From Thermoplasmatales archaeon (GTDB lineage: Archaea; Thermoplasmatota; Thermoplasmata; Thermoplasmatales; Thermoplasmataceae): 64,000 bases of DNA. The notes beneath the pieces were generated by a model. That model did no database searches, was not told the DNA's origin, and saw only the letters and a list, made by a program, of their open reading frames with translations. Each line of letters begins with the position of its first letter. Within the stretch, counting starts at the first letter, position 1. The position numbers and the translations under genes were made by a program. Location of the stretch: assembly GCA_027310185.1 (NCBI GenBank), contig DAIDBH010000019.1, positions 96,001-160,000 on the forward strand. Direction: 5' to 3'. Below are positions 60,734-64,000 of the stretch, piece after piece.

Positions 60734-61527
60734 GTTTGCTTACAATTCAGGATGTTACAAAGGAATTTACAGTCAGGAAGAGTCTTACAAAAGGGGATAT
60801 AGTCAGAGCACTGGATGATGTGACTTTGGAATTGAGAGAAAAGGAGCTTCTGGGTATAGTAGGAGCGAGTGGAAGCGGTAAGAGTACGCTGGCCAGGTTA
60901 ATGGTACTATTATACAGACCCACATCAGGAAAGATTATTTTTGATAATGAGGATGTTTCAGGGTTCAAGGGTAAAAGACTTAAGAATTACAGGAAAAATA
61001 TACAGATGGTATTTCAGGACCCATATGCATCACTTGATCCATTCCACAATGTGGAGTGGCATATAAAGAGACCACTGTTAATAAATCATTACAAGGGAAA
61101 CGTGAACGATAGGGTCCAGGAACTCCTGACGCAGGTAAAACTTGATCCACCTTCCCAGTTCCTTGACAAGTTCCCTCATCAGATTTCCGGGGGACAGAGA
61201 CAGAGAGTATACATGGCCAGGGCACTGGCAACTGAACCTAAAGTTCTGATTGCTGATGAGCCTGTGTCCATGCTTGATGTTTCTTTGAGGATCGAAATAC
61301 TTGAACTCCTCCTTTCTCTGAGGGAAAATCTGGGAATAAGTATCATTTATATAACTCATGATCTCAACACAGTCAGCATGATCACTGACAGGATATATGT
61401 TCTCAATAAGGGAAAAGTTGTAGAATCTGGAGACACAAAACAGGTAATTGAAAATCCCGTTGACGAGTATACGAGAAGGTTGATAAAGGCTGCCCCAGAT
61501 CCATTCAAGAAAATCGAGGTGGACTGA
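60730..61527 (+). CDS. ABC transporter ATP-binding protein (DppF/OppF type)
   Basis: GASGSGKST, QMVFQDP, ISGGQRQR, ADEP. Confidence 0.92.
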   Translation: MSLLTIQDVTKEFTVRKSLTKGDIVRALDDVTLELREKELLGIVGASGSGKSTLARLMVLLYRPTSGKIIFDNEDVSGFKGKRLKNYRKNIQMVFQDPYASLDPFHNVEWHIKRPLLINHYKGNVNDRVQELLTQVKLDPPSQFLDKFPHQISGGQRQRVYMARALATEPKVLIADEPVSMLDVSLRIEILELLLSLRENLGISIIYITHDLNTVSMITDRIYVLNKGKVVESGDTKQVIENPVDEYTRRLIKAAPDPFKKIEVD

Positions 61528-62505
61528 GTGTCAAATGCCATTCAGATTGAAAATCTAACAGTCGGCTACCACTGGGAAAACGGTTTTTCGATAATTATAA
61601 ATGACTTAAATTTGTCCATAGAGGAGGGTATCATATTTGGAATAGCTGGTGAATCAGGGTCTGGAAAGAGTACCTTTGCACAATCGATCTATAACTCGCT
61701 TAGATATCCGGGAGAAATTATGTCAGGTAAGGTTTTTTTTAAAGGTAAAGACCTGCTGCAAATGCCAAAGCATGAATTGCGACGAATTAGAGCCGTTGAT
61801 ATGACATTCATACCACAGGCTGCTATGAATGCCTTAAACCCTGTAAAGCGAATAGGTGACCAGTTTAAAGATGTTCTTGAGGCTCACGGAAAGGATTTAG
61901 TGGAATATGAGCAAAATGTACAGGATGTTTTGAAGATGGTCAGACTCCCTCAGGAGATATTGCATAACTATCCTCATGAACTCAGTGGAGGCATGAGACA
62001 GAGAACGGTTATTGCCATGGCGCTTGTTCTTTCTCCAGAACTTGTTATCCTGGACGAACCTACTACCGGGCTTGACGTCCTTGTTGAACATGACATACTC
62101 GTGGATCTTAAAAAAATACAGAGAAAAAAAGGCTTTACAATGATAATGATCACCCATGATTTATCTATTCTCTACGAAATATCTGATCAGCTTGGGATGA
62201 TGTACGCTGGTGAATTAACAGAATATGGAGATAGGGAATCCATGATTAACTCTTCAGCTCACCCTTATAATTATCTTCTTCTCAAGAGTATACCACGAAT
62301 AGGTGTAAAAAAATATAATGGAATAAGATTGACAGGTAACCCATCTAATTACAATGAGAACTACAAGGGATGCCAGTTCAGTACAAGGTGTCCCTACAAA
62401 ACCTATGAATGCGAACTAACTCATCCACTTTTGAAGAAGATTCCAAATGAAAACCACTATTATCGTTGTATTAGATATCCTGACTGGGTCAAGGACGAAA
62501 ACTAG
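61528..62505 (+). CDS. ABC transporter ATP-binding protein (DppD/OppD type, C-terminal Cys cluster)
   Basis: GESGSGKST, LSGGMRQR, LDEPT, HPY, GCQFSTRCP. Confidence 0.92.
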   Translation: MSNAIQIENLTVGYHWENGFSIIINDLNLSIEEGIIFGIAGESGSGKSTFAQSIYNSLRYPGEIMSGKVFFKGKDLLQMPKHELRRIRAVDMTFIPQAAMNALNPVKRIGDQFKDVLEAHGKDLVEYEQNVQDVLKMVRLPQEILHNYPHELSGGMRQRTVIAMALVLSPELVILDEPTTGLDVLVEHDILVDLKKIQRKKGFTMIMITHDLSILYEISDQLGMMYAGELTEYGDRESMINSSAHPYNYLLLKSIPRIGVKKYNGIRLTGNPSNYNENYKGCQFSTRCPYKTYECELTHPLLKKIPNENHYYRCIRYPDWVKDEN

Positions 62506-62581
62506 TCAATATTTTTATATTTTGGTTTAGTTTTTAAGTATTAATCGATTATATTTATAAACTGAAATAACATGAGATAAT

Positions 62582-63598
62582 GTGGAGGAAAAAATTTTTG
62601 ATGGTCTATCTAAGTTTGGCCTCACGGCTTACGAGATAAAAATTTACGAAGTTTTAATCCTGAGAGGTCCAATGACTTCCACGAGTATTGTCAAGGAAAC
62701 AGGCATACCACAGCCGAGAGTTTATGATTTATTTGGGTCACTGGAGAGAAAGGGTTTCATTGAAAGCAGCTTTGGAAAGCGGAAAACATACAAGGCAATA
62801 CCTGTTTCAACCATTATGGAAAGAGAGAAAAAATGGCTAGATTCGTATAGTTTTAATCTTGAGCATTTTGTCCAGAATAAGAGGATATACAATCAAAGTA
62901 ATGGGTCATTTCTTTCACTGCTTGAAGGCAATACGCAGGTAACTGAAAAAATGGCCTCCCTCATTTCTCATACTGAAGACGAGCTTATTCTATCTACCAG
63001 TTACGAAAGATTCAAAGAGCTCTATCCATACATAGAAAAATTAAGCGCCGCGAATGTAACAATGTGCATAATCATTTTCAAGGAACAGAGGCAAAGACTA
63101 ACCGAAAGGATTGAGGGAAACTGTTTTATCCGTACTATGACAGGAAAACCTGTTGAAGTTTTGATCTCGGACAGGAAAAGCTGTACAATGAAGATAGAGA
63201 CAAGGGAACGAAAGGACGATGTAGCACTATATTTTGAGGAGGATAACTTCATTCACGTTATTTCGTATTATTTCAACCAGTCCCTGTGGAAATATGCCGA
63301 TATATATACTGACCAGATAAATGATGACTGCATCAGATTCCGGACCATATGGCTTGCATGTGATATAATTGAGTATTACCTTAACAATGGTGCTAAACTC
63401 ACGTCCCATCTTGAATGCTATTACAAGGATGATTACAGGGAAATCGATGGTGAAATATTTAGAGTAGAAAAGATCCCGTTTGTCAGAAATACTTTTTTTA
63501 TCAGGTCAGGCAATGAAGAATACTCAGTTGGTGGCAAAACATCTTCAATTGAGAAGTTGAGGATGTTATTCCTGAAGATCAAACCCGAATTACTATAG
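62582..63598 (+). CDS. TrmB-family sugar-responsive transcriptional regulator
   Basis: FGLTAYEIKIY...GIPQPRVYDL..SLERKGFI wHTH; C-terminal effector domain ending YSVGG. Confidence 0.88.
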   Translation: MEEKIFDGLSKFGLTAYEIKIYEVLILRGPMTSTSIVKETGIPQPRVYDLFGSLERKGFIESSFGKRKTYKAIPVSTIMEREKKWLDSYSFNLEHFVQNKRIYNQSNGSFLSLLEGNTQVTEKMASLISHTEDELILSTSYERFKELYPYIEKLSAANVTMCIIIFKEQRQRLTERIEGNCFIRTMTGKPVEVLISDRKSCTMKIETRERKDDVALYFEEDNFIHVISYYFNQSLWKYADIYTDQINDDCIRFRTIWLACDIIEYYLNNGAKLTSHLECYYKDDYREIDGEIFRVEKIPFVRNTFFIRSGNEEYSVGGKTSSIEKLRMLFLKIKPELL

Positions 63599-63652
63599 AA
63601 TAGAGTATAGGCTTTAAAAAAACCTTAAAATAACAATTCAAAATGGTAACAA

Positions 63653-64000
63653 ATGTTTCCAAAAAATTTTAAATTTGGCTTTTCAGAAGCAGGATTTCAA
63701 TTCGAAATGGGTGTCAGTGATACTGATACAAAAACAGACTGGTATAAATGGAGTCACGATCCTGAAAACATTAAAAATCACGTCGTTTCTGGAGACAGAC
63801 CGGAGAATGGAGTTGCCTACTGGGATTTATATTCCAGGGACCATGATCTTGCACAATACATTGGAATGAATGCAGCGAGAATAGGTATAGAATGGTCAAG
63901 AATCTTCCCTGTCTCCACAGAAAGTGTCAGAGTAGATGTCAGCGAACAAAATGGAGATATTACTGAAGTTATCATCACAGAGGCAACCATAAGGGAACTG
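63653..64000 (+). CDS. Glycoside hydrolase family 1 beta-glycosidase (3'-truncated by window edge; not in ORF track)
   Basis: MFPKNFKFGFSEAGFQFEMG...TDWYKW..D...VSGDRPENGVAYW...MNAARIGIEWSRIFP. Confidence 0.92.
   Translation, partial: MFPKNFKFGFSEAGFQFEMGVSDTDTKTDWYKWSHDPENIKNHVVSGDRPENGVAYWDLYSRDHDLAQYIGMNAARIGIEWSRIFPVSTESVRVDVSEQNGDITEVIITEATIREL

Noticed and set aside
63675-63869. 64-aa ORF in the track
   Set aside because: Wrong frame; the real gene is the GH1 starting at 63653
1-64000. CRISPR arrays, rRNA genes, transposases, integrases
   Set aside because: None recognised by eye anywhere in the window

Overview
Archaeal chromosome segment, most consistent with a Thermoplasmatales (Cuniculiplasma/Thermoplasma-like) organism. 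This is inferred from PriS, Dph6, LysW, a GGR-type reductase, a class III-signal pilin, archaeal-type tRNAs and many TTG/GTG starts. In order, the window holds: an uncharacterised three-gene minus-strand operon (SelO/kinase-like, helical, membrane Zn-ribbon); tRNA-Leu(CAA); a LysW-dependent operon (lysWYZJXK) linked to an ACT-domain regulator and argG/argH; an orphan DNA methyltransferase; housekeeping genes with tRNA-Leu(CAG), tRNA-Arg(CCG) and tRNA-Cys(GCA); a decaying toxin-antitoxin-rich island behind tRNA-Cys; two glycosyltransferases; an acyl-CoA mutase locus with isobutyryl-CoA-mutase-type residues; a YVTN surface protein; and a Dpp/Opp-type ABC + TrmB + GH1 sugar locus. The most striking element is a compact operon at 50269-54467. 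It encodes two (possibly three) ESCRT-III/Snf7-like helical proteins interleaved with two Vps4/CdvC-like AAA ATPases. It has no CdvA, contains a MIM1-like tail, has a frameshifted MIT-like domain on the second ATPase, and lies next to a FUN14-like membrane gene. It is a candidate membrane-remodelling system in a lineage not known to divide by Cdv. All family calls come from motif reading only; no database search was run.
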